This document shows, piece after piece, positions 52,601 to 60,763 of a stretch of DNA of 64,000 bases (its first letter is position 1; each line of letters starts with the position of its first letter). Under the pieces are notes generated by a model. That model did not search any database and was not told the origin of the DNA. It saw only the letters and a list, made by a program, of their open reading frames with translations. The translations under genes and the position numbers were made by a program. The DNA comes from Saccharofermentans sp. GTDB taxonomy: Bacteria > Bacillota > Clostridia > Saccharofermentanales > Saccharofermentanaceae. The stretch spans positions 4,584-68,583 of the forward strand of contig JAKSRC010000008.1 in the NCBI GenBank assembly GCA_024403855.1, written 5' to 3'.

Positions 52601-52858
52601 TAAATCTTCAACTATGACCGCCGGAGAATCATTATCTGTTACATCATATGTTGTAGTTTCCGTTTTTGAAGTAAAAATATTGTTCCAAATATCTGCTACC
52701 GGAACATCTATCTTTACAAATGGCATTAAAATCATATAAAGCGGAATGACAATCCAGAAAGCATATTGATGCTTATGGAGAATCTTTCCGTCAGATAAAG
52801 CCCTAATAACGATTATTACGAGTGTTAATATAGAAATTCCAATAAGATAGCGAAACAT
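49622..52858 (-). CDS. BlaR1/MecR1-family (peptidase M56) signal transducer with a very large non-PBP extracellular region
   Basis: 1078 aa. N-terminal TM segments and the zinc motif CHEACHYKHGDH (HExxH) are present. After a further TM segment comes about 740 aa of extracellular sequence. The last ~350 aa look like an ABC solute-binding protein (SGNGPDIILYADDF, GAWEFIRICMSDEIQ). Confidence 0.75.
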   Translation of the reverse strand: MFRYLIGISILTLVIIVIRALSDGKILHKHQYAFWIVIPLYMILMPFVKIDVPVADIWNNIFTSKTETTTYDVTDNDSPAVIVEDLQIENDASVNQTNIPGNNIPVNETIREQAQIPVNYVAVSKVKANESKKIESILQNCCYFVSAILVVVLIAYNIGFILYCKRKRKYLGKDPLSGLKIYGIKHKETPFLMFNKIYIDDGTENISEYIICHEACHYKHGDHLWVLIRYLVLFLNWYNPVIWVAFILSGRDCELACDEAVMKAYGTDSSKEYARTLLEMLQQQSNITGFFALSTGMKSGYQLMKKRIISIKKPADNSRKALAFSLATILLLTSCSFANTSDTRKIKSSDTWFSSQITKIDDKYKDLKLDYFTRNILGAYKDGVLIETEGSLQSKTDSHFINLDYYVFTGELIKSIDISKVRFNREIDNITINDDGIDLRLHDTVRPVNSNETNCYLVKIDPETGTVGELEELENIPYDSQEENPINYEDSWTIGDYTVSWYRKTGTLSFAISKEGNSKFVDLIGDPHFSSINYFKNYIPVSETEILLVCSSNNVSLISLNLETGEIKNKDEEYSWLKNIKYGTSLSSLDGKTYFKDQYGVKVINFASKELEEVFSYNSCNVNRKTLIGMDLLSVKDNKYVFAGMIKDSDLLTEFDRELIYVPTIIVLEKTEKNPNAGKTMLSAATVGRTDLEYSICEAIRVFNETNGDYFVLLENKLSIADYIDYSDAKNHDEIMDIYYNGVSALGNQLVTDILSGNGPDIILYADDFRLIQSEEYLLDLSRYIKGKNGINEADYFSNVISASKIDDKLLYMPVSFTVSGIETDKSNVSNGQLGFTFDEYTKFVNEICNGADPMNQSQLEAICTLYSYMSDTCIDGKKVNFDNESFRALCDYVKNNVNDKSFSMCTNAEDTWYPDFRYFLNKNGSNAKNMTLLGYPSTDGRGPVISVQTSIGISASAPSVVADGAWEFIRICMSDEIQNVVATQDSNPMSISAFESSAIIALEKFNKNNTFIQPLDDTVITSYKNVLLSASVIDNNDPAVLIVIREEVPPYFVDQKSLDAVLPIINDRVSTIIAERT

Positions 52859-52859
52859 A

Positions 52860-53216
52860 TCAATCCTCTTCGATTATTCTACGAAGTTCCTCTAACTGCT
52901 CTTTAGAAAGTTTGTCTGAACACTTTAGATTGGAGATCAGCAATCCAACATTACCGCCATATACTTTGTCCAGAAATGATGTTGTCTCCTCTAGTTCAGC
53001 TTCCGTTCTATCTACTGCAGCACGGAACCATTTGGTTCTCCCCTCCTGATCATAGGAAACCAGTCCTTTTTCAACCATACGATTAAGCAAAGTTATAATT
53101 GTCTGCTTAGACCATCCGGTCTTTGCATCTAAGGCTCTTGTAAGTTCCATTAAAGTCATGGATTTATTATCCCAAAGACAATTGATGATCTTCCATTCTG
53201 AATCAGTTAAACGCAT
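52860..53216 (-). CDS. blaI: BlaI/MecI/CopY-family transcriptional repressor
   Basis: 118 aa. LTDSEWKIINCLWDN..MTLMELTRAL....GWSKQTIITLLNRMVEKGLV is the winged helix of the penicillinase-repressor family. Only 1 nt separates it from the blaR1-like start. Confidence 0.85.
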   Translation of the reverse strand: MRLTDSEWKIINCLWDNKSMTLMELTRALDAKTGWSKQTIITLLNRMVEKGLVSYDQEGRTKWFRAAVDRTEAELEETTSFLDKVYGGNVGLLISNLKCSDKLSKEQLEELRRIIEED

Positions 53217-53237
53217 TAATAATCATTCCTCCGCACT

Positions 53238-53286
53238 GGTCTACTGTTGCTTACCAATATACCGCATTGGTCGACAGCAGTCAACC
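53238..53286 (-). promoter_or_regulatory. candidate blaI promoter with an overlapping imperfect inverted repeat (putative operator)
   Basis: On the minus strand: TTGACT (53279-53284), a 17-nt spacer, then TATATT (53256-53261). GGTCTACTGTTG (53238-53249) and CAGCAGTCAACC (53275-53286) match at 9 of 12 positions as an inverted repeat. They bracket the core promoter. Confidence 0.5.
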
Positions 53287-53420
53287 AGACTGAACAGTTC
53301 ACGTGTGATGATGTTCTCCTGCAAATGTTAACGAACTGGAAATGGCTTGAAATAAAACGCAAGAAGTTCAGATGTTTGGCTTGTTCCGCCACCTTCCGCC
53401 ACTTTCAAGGCAATAACAAA

Positions 53421-53454
53421 GGGGCCAGAAAAACCCTGAACCCCTTGCAAATAC
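53421..53454 (-). terminator. terminator-like hairpin 3' of the intact tRNA-Arg (diverged copy of 47945-47984)
   Basis: The minus-strand sequence GGGGTTCAGGGTTTTTCTGGCCCC is followed by TTTGTTATT. Its stem is weaker than that of the native copy. Confidence 0.5.
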
Positions 53455-53531
53455 TGGTGATCGTGAGCGGATTCGAACCGCTGGCCTACCGCTTAGGAGG
53501 CGGTCGCTCTATCCAGCTGAGCTACACAATC
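53455..53531 (-). tRNA. trnR: tRNA-Arg (anticodon CCT), CCA encoded
   Basis: The reverse complement is GATTGTGTAGCTCAGCTGGATAGAGCGACCGCCTCCTAAGCGGTAGGCCAGCGGTTCGAATCCGCTCACGATCACCA. The acceptor stem is GATTGTG/CACGATC and the anticodon stem is ACCGC/GCGGT, with loop CTCCTAA. Confidence 0.9.
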
Positions 53532-53548
53532 AAGCGTACGAGATTATA

Positions 53549-54697
53549 TCATAATCCAGGTATACTATAAAGGCAGGTTTCCGCGAGCATAACTACCAGT
53601 GAGATGAGGATAAGGTAGAACGGAAGGCCATCGATATACTTGGATTTGGACACGAAAATCAGTCTTCTTCTGATAACCGAAAGAAGTCCCGTGATGATGA
53701 TATCTGTGGAGATAACAAGCACCAATGCAAACGCAAGGTGTCTTATCTTAGGCAAATCAGAACTAACCAGGAAAACAGTCGAAATGAAGGCCGAAGCAAT
53801 AGACACTTCAGAGATAAGATATCTGAGTCCAAAGATGGAACTTCTGAAATTGTGCTTTGCTGTATATACGAAAATAGAACCGGTCAGAAGAGATACAAAT
53901 ACGCAAGCCGGGATTGCTACGATCTTGAAAAGTTCAGCATCGATGAACAGCCTCAAAATATATAAAGCTGCTGTACAAAGCAGGATTACTATAGCGAACG
54001 CTCCTCTTGCACTAAGGAATCTTCTTAATGCTGATACAGTGGCAACCGGAATATCCCAGAATTCTGTGAGCGTTTTAGAGGTAGCACATCTGGTTCCACC
54101 GCTAATCTTTGAGACAGCCCAGCTAAGTACTATCAGGAACATTACAGCTGCAAGAAGCGATACGAACAGGTATCTCTTTTCGAAAACATAAGTAATCAAA
54201 GAACCTACAACTGAACTTATCAGCGCAAGGCTATACGGGAACATAACCTCACCGCCGAATCTTGGTCTTAAGAATATCTCTTCGTCATCAGGTTTGAATC
54301 TTGCGACAGACATTATTCCTAACGCCATAGGAATAAATCCTGCGGCTGCATACGGAGCACAAAAGCCAAATCTGGACGAGTATTCGGACAAAGCAATGAA
54401 GCCAGCCATAACAAGTGCAAATGTTACGACTGAAAGGTTCCTTGGCATAAAGAATCTGAATGTTATTGCCCACACAAAGAGACATACAAAAGAACATGCT
54501 ATAGGCCACCAGATAACATTTCCGGGTATCAGGAATTCGATGCAAAGAGATACAAGTGTATAACCCAAAAGCAACGATGCTCTGGTAGAAAGATATTTTG
54601 TGGGCCTGACATGCAAAGCAGTGATCTTCTCGTCGACCGGTTTTCTCATCTGCTCGTTATCGAAAGGCGTATTGTATTTCTCAGTAAACAGACCCAT
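53549..54697 (-). CDS. polytopic membrane protein of unknown function (382 aa)
   Basis: About 10 TM segments. The start overlaps the upstream gene's stop (TAATG). The tRNA-Arg gene begins 17 nt downstream. Confidence 0.6.
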   Translation of the reverse strand: MGLFTEKYNTPFDNEQMRKPVDEKITALHVRPTKYLSTRASLLLGYTLVSLCIEFLIPGNVIWWPIACSFVCLFVWAITFRFFMPRNLSVVTFALVMAGFIALSEYSSRFGFCAPYAAAGFIPMALGIMSVARFKPDDEEIFLRPRFGGEVMFPYSLALISSVVGSLITYVFEKRYLFVSLLAAVMFLIVLSWAVSKISGGTRCATSKTLTEFWDIPVATVSALRRFLSARGAFAIVILLCTAALYILRLFIDAELFKIVAIPACVFVSLLTGSIFVYTAKHNFRSSIFGLRYLISEVSIASAFISTVFLVSSDLPKIRHLAFALVLVISTDIIITGLLSVIRRRLIFVSKSKYIDGLPFYLILISLVVMLAETCLYSIPGL

Positions 54698-56046
54698 TAT
54701 GTTACCTTCCAGTTCAAGTATTCTTTCAGGAATTTGTAACAGGTGTTACAAGCCTTTACGACAGTTCTTGTCTGATCGTATTTGTAAGGAACAGGTTCAA
54801 TTAACGAAGCCATTTCGGACAGCGGAAGATCATCCAAGCTGTCTGTTATTACCTGGTCGTCAGCAGTACCACCGTGAGTGATACCATCCTCTGTTGAATC
54901 GTAGTCAACAGATATCGGTCTGTTACTGTTCGAATCATCATAGAGATCTCCATCGACATCGGGCAGCTTTAATCCTCTGATCTTAGCTTCAGCTTCCATT
55001 ACGCCCATATAACCAATTGCGACTTCGTCTTCGTTATAAATGGTATAGACTTCCGGTGTCTTTTCGAAAGAGAATACGACGTGATTATCATCATTTGCAT
55101 ACTCAAGATCCACAGCATCCTTCTGGTAAAGATGGAGGAGAATCATGTCCAGGCCTCTTCTATACTGATCTTTGTCGTAACCAGCACGGGAGTTATAAAT
55201 GCACTCTTTGGAAAGCTCGACAAAAGGTCTGATATCACAGGTAACGCCCTTAACGATATCAGTTGTTCCGTCTGACTTCATAGCAAGTCTGTCAGGATCC
55301 TGGCATTCGAGAAGTGCGTGGCAGATGTTGTAGGACTGAGTTGCCCAGTCGAGACCTGAAATAACATAAGCGCCCTTAAGAGCAGCCTCACTTCTGTCAT
55401 CGTTAGTCTTATCTGTACTGAATGCGTCCCAGTTGACCCTGGTTATAATGCCGCCCTTAACTTCCATTTCGACATAATCGATATAGCGGTTTCTGTCGTC
55501 ATAAAGGCGCTGGGCGTAGTAGACGCCATCCTTCAGGCCTGATACCAGTACTCTGTCGTTATTCTCGTTATCAGATGTTTTATCTTCAGTAATGAACGCT
55601 ACAGGAATCTGCTTTCCGATAAGTTTCTCCTTAATGAGCTTAAGATCGTTCTCACTTATCGAAAAAGCGTTCTCATCGTTATTCTCATTCAATGCAAAAT
55701 CCTTGATTCTTGTGCTCTCGTAATCAAGAGAAACAAGCATACTCAGGTCTTGTCCATATAATGATTTAACCGTGAGATCGATAACATATCCTTCCGGATT
55801 GCCTGAAGAATTGTAGCCGATATAAACGCCTTTTATCTCCGGATATGCATTTAATGCCTTACTTTTCACCTTCTCATAGGAGTCGGAATCAAGTACCGCA
55901 TCGAATCTTGAATGATAGAGGCTCTGCATACGTTTATTCGCATTGTCAGACGATATGAAATAGCCTCCGATTACAAGTCCCAAACCAAGTATCAGGAGAA
56001 TGATCGCTTCAGCTATAAGCTGTCTTAACTGTGTATGAGTCATCAT
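54697..56046 (-). CDS. membrane-anchored extracytoplasmic protein of unknown function (449 aa), in the position of RnfG
   Basis: One N-terminal TM segment. It is overlap-coupled to the rnfD-like gene. I found no SGAT-type flavinylation motif. Confidence 0.55.
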   Translation of the reverse strand: MMTHTQLRQLIAEAIILLILGLGLVIGGYFISSDNANKRMQSLYHSRFDAVLDSDSYEKVKSKALNAYPEIKGVYIGYNSSGNPEGYVIDLTVKSLYGQDLSMLVSLDYESTRIKDFALNENNDENAFSISENDLKLIKEKLIGKQIPVAFITEDKTSDNENNDRVLVSGLKDGVYYAQRLYDDRNRYIDYVEMEVKGGIITRVNWDAFSTDKTNDDRSEAALKGAYVISGLDWATQSYNICHALLECQDPDRLAMKSDGTTDIVKGVTCDIRPFVELSKECIYNSRAGYDKDQYRRGLDMILLHLYQKDAVDLEYANDDNHVVFSFEKTPEVYTIYNEDEVAIGYMGVMEAEAKIRGLKLPDVDGDLYDDSNSNRPISVDYDSTEDGITHGGTADDQVITDSLDDLPLSEMASLIEPVPYKYDQTRTVVKACNTCYKFLKEYLNWKVT

Positions 56047-57026
56047 AAAGCATCCACCTCCCTTGAACGGATTTGCCTTCTCGAAAGTGTCTTGAGGAAG
56101 AAATCCAATACAAATGAAAGGAAGTTAACGGCAATAACAGGTGCCAGCAAAGAAACCATCGGAGAAAGGAAAGACTTGGTAACAAGTGTAAGCAAGCCAC
56201 AGACAATTCCTGCAAATACACCGGCAGCAAACCTTGAAGGCATCGTCGTCAGATCTCCCAAAATAAATACAGCAATGAACACAGCACCTGATGACATAAG
56301 ATAAACGATCAGGCCATCATATGTGAAGGTACCGTTATCCATAAGTGTTGATACAGGATAGAACACTAATAATGTAACAAGGTACGATACAGGAGAATAA
56401 AGTCTCATAGTACCTTTAAAAACTAAGAATATACATCCTAATAATATACACACGAAGCATGCCGTACCTATCATTCCCGGATAGTTACCACTTAAAAGTT
56501 CTGTAAACGAAAGGCTGGACAAATCCGGAAGATCGTCAGGTTCTTTCTGGAAAATCAGGCTCATCAGCTGAAGTCTTGAGTTATCCTCACCATATGACAA
56601 TCCTTGCGTTCTTGAAGGCCACGCAAGTTCAATGAACAAGCGTCCTGCAACAGCCGGATTGACGATATTGCTTCCTGCACCGCCAAATACCTGCTTAGTA
56701 ATGATAGACGCGAAAAGCACCGCTGCAAAAGCAGTTACAAGCGTCGTATCCGGAGGCAAAAGCAATGCTATAAGAAGGCCTTCTACGAGTGAACTCAAAT
56801 CGAAATACTCATCCGCAGACCTTCTGCCTGTAAGCCACATGAAGAAATAGTCGATAACTACGAAAGACAACATGCAGAACAAAATCAGGATTAAAGCTCT
56901 TAATCCATAGTAGAAAACACCGCACACGATGCAAGGCACCAGCGATACCAGAAGCGTGATATAGATATACGGAGCATTTTTCACCGTATGGATAAAAGGC
57001 GCCAGTTGTCTGTTATCCGAACTCAT
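56043..57026 (-). CDS. RnfD/NqrB-family membrane protein
   Basis: 327 aa and polytopic. FGGAGSNIVNPAVAGRLF matches the RnfD/NqrB conserved block. Confidence 0.7.
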   Translation of the reverse strand: MSSDNRQLAPFIHTVKNAPYIYITLLVSLVPCIVCGVFYYGLRALILILFCMLSFVVIDYFFMWLTGRRSADEYFDLSSLVEGLLIALLLPPDTTLVTAFAAVLFASIITKQVFGGAGSNIVNPAVAGRLFIELAWPSRTQGLSYGEDNSRLQLMSLIFQKEPDDLPDLSSLSFTELLSGNYPGMIGTACFVCILLGCIFLVFKGTMRLYSPVSYLVTLLVFYPVSTLMDNGTFTYDGLIVYLMSSGAVFIAVFILGDLTTMPSRFAAGVFAGIVCGLLTLVTKSFLSPMVSLLAPVIAVNFLSFVLDFFLKTLSRRQIRSREVDAL

Positions 57027-58543
57027 ACTTCTTTATCCCTCTCGAAAGGAAGTGTAATTGAATCAGGTGCCTTCTTATCGCTGTTCTCATTCTCATCAGA
57101 ATAATCTTCAAGAAGTGAAGTCTCACCGACATAAGATGCCCTGTAATCTTCAAATGATTTATCTTCAGCGCTGCTGTTGTCCAGGAGCGAATTAACTTCA
57201 ATGATTCTTCCTTCAGCAGCAAACATTGCAATCGATGTTGTGAGATTAATGCCAGCAGGACATACATAAGAGCAGGAACCGCAAGCGATACAATCTCTTG
57301 CGCCTTCTTCTGAAGCTTTCTGTCTCAAGCCCTGGTTCAGCATCTCGTAAATCGTATTAGGTGAAAGATTCATCGGACAGCATTCAGAACAAAGACCACA
57401 GTGTATACAAGGTGTCTTTGGAACCTCTGCCCTTCTGATAACTGATATTACAGAAGTTGTTTTAACAATAGGTGTATGCTCAGGATCTTTAATCTCAATT
57501 CCCGTAAGGCAATTGCCCCAGACAATTCTGTCGCTTCCGTTCTTTATATCTCTCGCACTTGCCAAAAGCTCTGACACAGGCGTTCCGATCGGAACAAGCA
57601 TATTGTGACCGCCTGAAGCATCACCAGTTACAGATACGATTCTGCTCATCAAAGGGATGTTATCGGATAAAGCTTCCCAGCAGGCAAGCATCGTAGAGCA
57701 GTTAAAAAGAACTGCTTTGCATGACTTTTCGAGAGTCTCACCAAGTGCAAGATTCTTTCCGTAAATTGCTCTTGCTACAAGTCTGTAATAACCCTGTGGG
57801 AATCTTTCTCTGAAAAGCTTGATGTCAAATTCGAGATCCTTAAAGTCTGCCTTTACTCTTTCAATGGCGCTCTCAAGAGCTTTTCTCTGCTCTTTTCTGT
57901 TCACTGAAATAAGAAATACGACTTTAGATGCGCCAACTGTTCTGGCACATGCGCAGGAACCTAAAACAACATAGTCTGTATATTCAGTAACGGCAACGAG
58001 ATCGCTGGTAGAATAAGGTTCACTCTGAAGACAGTTTACAAGGAAATCCGTAACTGCTTCTGTTCTGGCTCTGCTAAGCTTGGCTGCGGTAGGAATACCT
58101 TCACCACCCATTCCGCAGATACCGGCATTTCTGATAATGCCTATAGTCTCTGTTGCTGAAATCTTGAAACCTGACCTAGGCTTTACTGAATCAAGCCTGG
58201 TTCGCTTCATATCATTCATAATCGTGATTGCCGGAGTTAAGATACCATTCGGGAGTCTGATCTCGGAAATATCTGTTACCTTTCCGGAAATACCGCTGTG
58301 AACAGGAAGAGAGAATGTTCCCTTCTCAGGAACACCGACACACTGTCCTATTCTTACATAGTCACCGACCTCAACTGTCGGAATAGCAGGAACACCATAA
58401 TGCATTTTCATAGGGAGGATTATCTTGGAAGGATAGATTCTCTCGAACATAACCTCCTTGACAAAAGGGGAACGCTTTGAAAAATTCAAAACGTCCCCTG
58501 TAAACATTCCTCTATAAAATGAATATCGTCTTCTATCTGCCAC
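57023..58543 (-). CDS. RnfC-like protein (SLBB/NADH-binding-like domain plus 2x[4Fe-4S] ferredoxin domain)
   Basis: GICGMGGEGIPT corresponds to RnfC G(L/M)GGAGFPT. Two cluster motifs are present, CIHCGLCSECCP and CIACGSCSYVCP. The annotated start is GTG with a weak Shine-Dalgarno site, so the N-terminus is uncertain. Confidence 0.7.
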   Translation of the reverse strand: MADRRRYSFYRGMFTGDVLNFSKRSPFVKEVMFERIYPSKIILPMKMHYGVPAIPTVEVGDYVRIGQCVGVPEKGTFSLPVHSGISGKVTDISEIRLPNGILTPAITIMNDMKRTRLDSVKPRSGFKISATETIGIIRNAGICGMGGEGIPTAAKLSRARTEAVTDFLVNCLQSEPYSTSDLVAVTEYTDYVVLGSCACARTVGASKVVFLISVNRKEQRKALESAIERVKADFKDLEFDIKLFRERFPQGYYRLVARAIYGKNLALGETLEKSCKAVLFNCSTMLACWEALSDNIPLMSRIVSVTGDASGGHNMLVPIGTPVSELLASARDIKNGSDRIVWGNCLTGIEIKDPEHTPIVKTTSVISVIRRAEVPKTPCIHCGLCSECCPMNLSPNTIYEMLNQGLRQKASEEGARDCIACGSCSYVCPAGINLTTSIAMFAAEGRIIEVNSLLDNSSAEDKSFEDYRASYVGETSLLEDYSDENENSDKKAPDSITLPFERDKEV

Positions 58544-58569
58544 TTTTAATTTCCCTAAAAGTAAGGCTA

Positions 58570-59622
58570 TTAGTCGGAATAACCTTCAAGCTTCTTAGAC
58601 TTAGGCGATCTGTTGAGCTTTCTGATTGCTTTTGCTTCGATCTGTCTGATACGCTCTCTTGTAACGCCGAGCTTCTTACCGACCTGCTCCAATGTCATCG
58701 GAACGCCGTCCTTAAGACCGAATCTCAATTCGATAACTCTTCTTTCTCTATCTGTAAGGCCGTTAAGAGCCTGGATGAGGTCTTCCTTAAGAAGGATTCT
58801 AGCTACTTCTTCTTCAGGTGCAGCGAGCTCATCATTGGAGATGAAGTCAACGAGGTGGCTATCCTCTTCCTCACCTACCGGCTTATCAATGGAGATAGGA
58901 TCCTGTGAAATCTTCTGGATCTCTCTGATTTTTGCTTCATCCATATCCATAGCCTTAGCAAGCTCAGTTGTTGTAGGCTCTCTGCCGAGATCCTGTACGA
59001 GCTGTCTCTGTACTCTTGTGAGCTTGTTGATTGTCTCAACCATGTGAACAGGGATTCTGATTGTTCTTGCCTGATCGGCAATAGCTCTTGTGATTGCCTG
59101 ACGAATCCACCATGTTGCATATGTGGAGAACTTAAATCCCTTTGTGTAGTCGAACTTATCAACTGCCTTGATAAGACCGATATTACCTTCCTGAATAAGG
59201 TCGAGGAGAGAAAGACCTCTGTTCATATACTTCTTTGCGATAGAAACAACGAGTCTTAAGTTGGAATTGATAAGAAGGACCTTTGCTTCCTCATCACCCT
59301 TTGCCATTCTCTGGGCAATTTCCTTCTCCTGCTCAGCATCGAGAAGCTCGATCTTACCAATCTCCTTGAGATACATCTTGACTGAGTCGTCAACAACATT
59401 TACGTCTTCACTGTCGTTATCAACATCAGCATCGTCGTTATCCAAATCAGGATCGCTGATCTTTACGCCGCCGTTCTCAAGTTCAGCTCTGAGGTTAATA
59501 ATCTCATCTGCCTCAATCTTATATGAATCTGTAATTGCTTCGAATTCTGTCTCAGTAATCTGACTCTCGTTCTTCTCTGCGAATTTCTTAGCCTGTGCCA
59601 GTGCTTTTTCAAAATCTGTCAT
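58570..59622 (-). CDS. sigA: primary RNA polymerase sigma factor (RpoD/SigA)
   Basis: Region 2 shows [17 protein letters not shown]. Region 4.2 shows [27 protein letters not shown]. The start is taken at the ATG after GAGGTGAT; the track start at 59649 is TTG. Confidence 0.95.
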   Translation of the reverse strand: MTDFEKALAQAKKFAEKNESQITETEFEAITDSYKIEADEIINLRAELENGGVKISDPDLDNDDADVDNDSEDVNVVDDSVKMYLKEIGKIELLDAEQEKEIAQRMAKGDEEAKVLLINSNLRLVVSIAKKYMNRGLSLLDLIQEGNIGLIKAVDKFDYTKGFKFSTYATWWIRQAITRAIADQARTIRIPVHMVETINKLTRVQRQLVQDLGREPTTTELAKAMDMDEAKIREIQKISQDPISIDKPVGEEEDSHLVDFISNDELAAPEEEVARILLKEDLIQALNGLTDRERRVIELRFGLKDGVPMTLEQVGKKLGVTRERIRQIEAKAIRKLNRSPKSKKLEGYSD

Positions 59623-59693
59623 CTGATAGATCACCTCATAGATTGTCAAATGTTTCTTTTACAACTTCAGCCACACAAATATGGCAATCGATA

Positions 59694-60455
59694 TTACTTA
59701 CTCTTCTCAGTAGGCTCCTGGATGGTTACAGGTGTCTGAACTTCCTTTGTAACGCCATCCTTTGTTGCATAGAAAATTGTTGAAGGAGAGTAGATATACA
59801 TCTCAACATCGCCCTTGTCGTCGCCGCGCTTTTCAGCACGAAGAGCAACATAATTCTCATAAAGGCCCTTTGCCTGATCGTCAGTAATCTCATCGGAAAG
59901 ACCAAGCTTTACATACTGGCAAGAAAGTCCGTAAATGTTGAACTGCTTATAAGAGAAGTCATTGTAGCTAACTTCATCAGCTTCTGTATTCACGAAAATC
60001 TTATCTACGTCTGAACTGATAGATTCAGTAAGAGCTTTACGCTGCAAGAAAAGAGGCAATGCGATAGCGACAACGATACCGATCAGAGCAACGATGCTGA
60101 CGAGCATGCCGATAACGAACTTCTTAGGTGCCTTTACGTCATTAGGAGAAATCTCGAATTCGTTAGGCTTAAGTTTGTAACTCTTATCCTGTGTCTGAGT
60201 CTTGGATGTCTTATCTCTTAATACAGCCTTCTCAACAACGTCAGGCATTACAGGGCTAGCATAATAATGCTTTGAACCTTCCTGCTTCTCAAACTTCTCA
60301 TTCTTGAATTCATATCCGTTAGGATTCTCATAAATCTTGGAAGCTTCTTCTGTAGAAAAAACGCAGTTGCAGAATACGCACTCGCAAAGTTCATCTCTGT
60401 CATCATACATAACAAGTGAACCGCAGTTCTTGCACATACCTTGTTTAATTGCCAT
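59694..60455 (-). CDS. zinc-ribbon membrane protein of unknown function
   Basis: The start is taken at MAIKQGMCKNCG. CKNCG...CECVFCNC forms a zinc ribbon. One TM segment (FVIGMLVSIVALIGIVVAIALPLF) and an extracellular C-domain follow. Confidence 0.6.
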   Translation of the reverse strand: MAIKQGMCKNCGSLVMYDDRDELCECVFCNCVFSTEEASKIYENPNGYEFKNEKFEKQEGSKHYYASPVMPDVVEKAVLRDKTSKTQTQDKSYKLKPNEFEISPNDVKAPKKFVIGMLVSIVALIGIVVAIALPLFLQRKALTESISSDVDKIFVNTEADEVSYNDFSYKQFNIYGLSCQYVKLGLSDEITDDQAKGLYENYVALRAEKRGDDKGDVEMYIYSPSTIFYATKDGVTKEVQTPVTIQEPTEKSK

Positions 60456-60637
60456 TAATATTATCGTCCTTTTATCTGAAGTATGCGCTTTAAGTAAAAA
60501 CGAGCCGTCAAAATACCAGGGATAATGTTTGAAACCGGCCGTAAATACGGCATTCCCTTTTGTAGGCATAGTTATACTTATAGCAATCGTAAATTATAAT
60601 ATGCTGATTAAGAATCGTCAAGCAAAAATCCATATCC

Positions 60638-60667
60638 TTGACACCTAATCATCCCCATCTGTATTAT
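60638..60667 (+). promoter_or_regulatory. candidate promoter for tadA
   Basis: TTGACA (60638-60643), an 18-nt spacer, then TATTAT (60662-60667). Confidence 0.4.
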
Positions 60668-60763
60668 CTGTCCAAAGAAGCAAAAAAGCGAGGAAAAATC
60701 GTGCCCGCATCCAAATCCAAATTATATCCTGACTTCAAGCCCTCCTGCGAAAAGGAGCGCTTC

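Larger units (their letters stand above)
49233..53499. mobile_element. integrated element A (about 4.2 kb between DR2 and the intact tRNA-Arg), no integrase; cargo is blaI plus a blaR1-like gene
   Basis: It is bounded by perfect 45-nt direct repeats. It carries its own diverged copy of the tRNA terminator next to the tRNA, and the 83-bp arm next to DR2. Confidence 0.6.

Noticed and set aside
53247-53570. 107-aa plus-strand ORF spanning the blaI upstream region, the terminator hairpin and the whole tRNA-Arg gene.
   Set aside because: It overlaps a well-folded tRNA and regulatory DNA and has no Shine-Dalgarno site. It is an artefact of an open frame.
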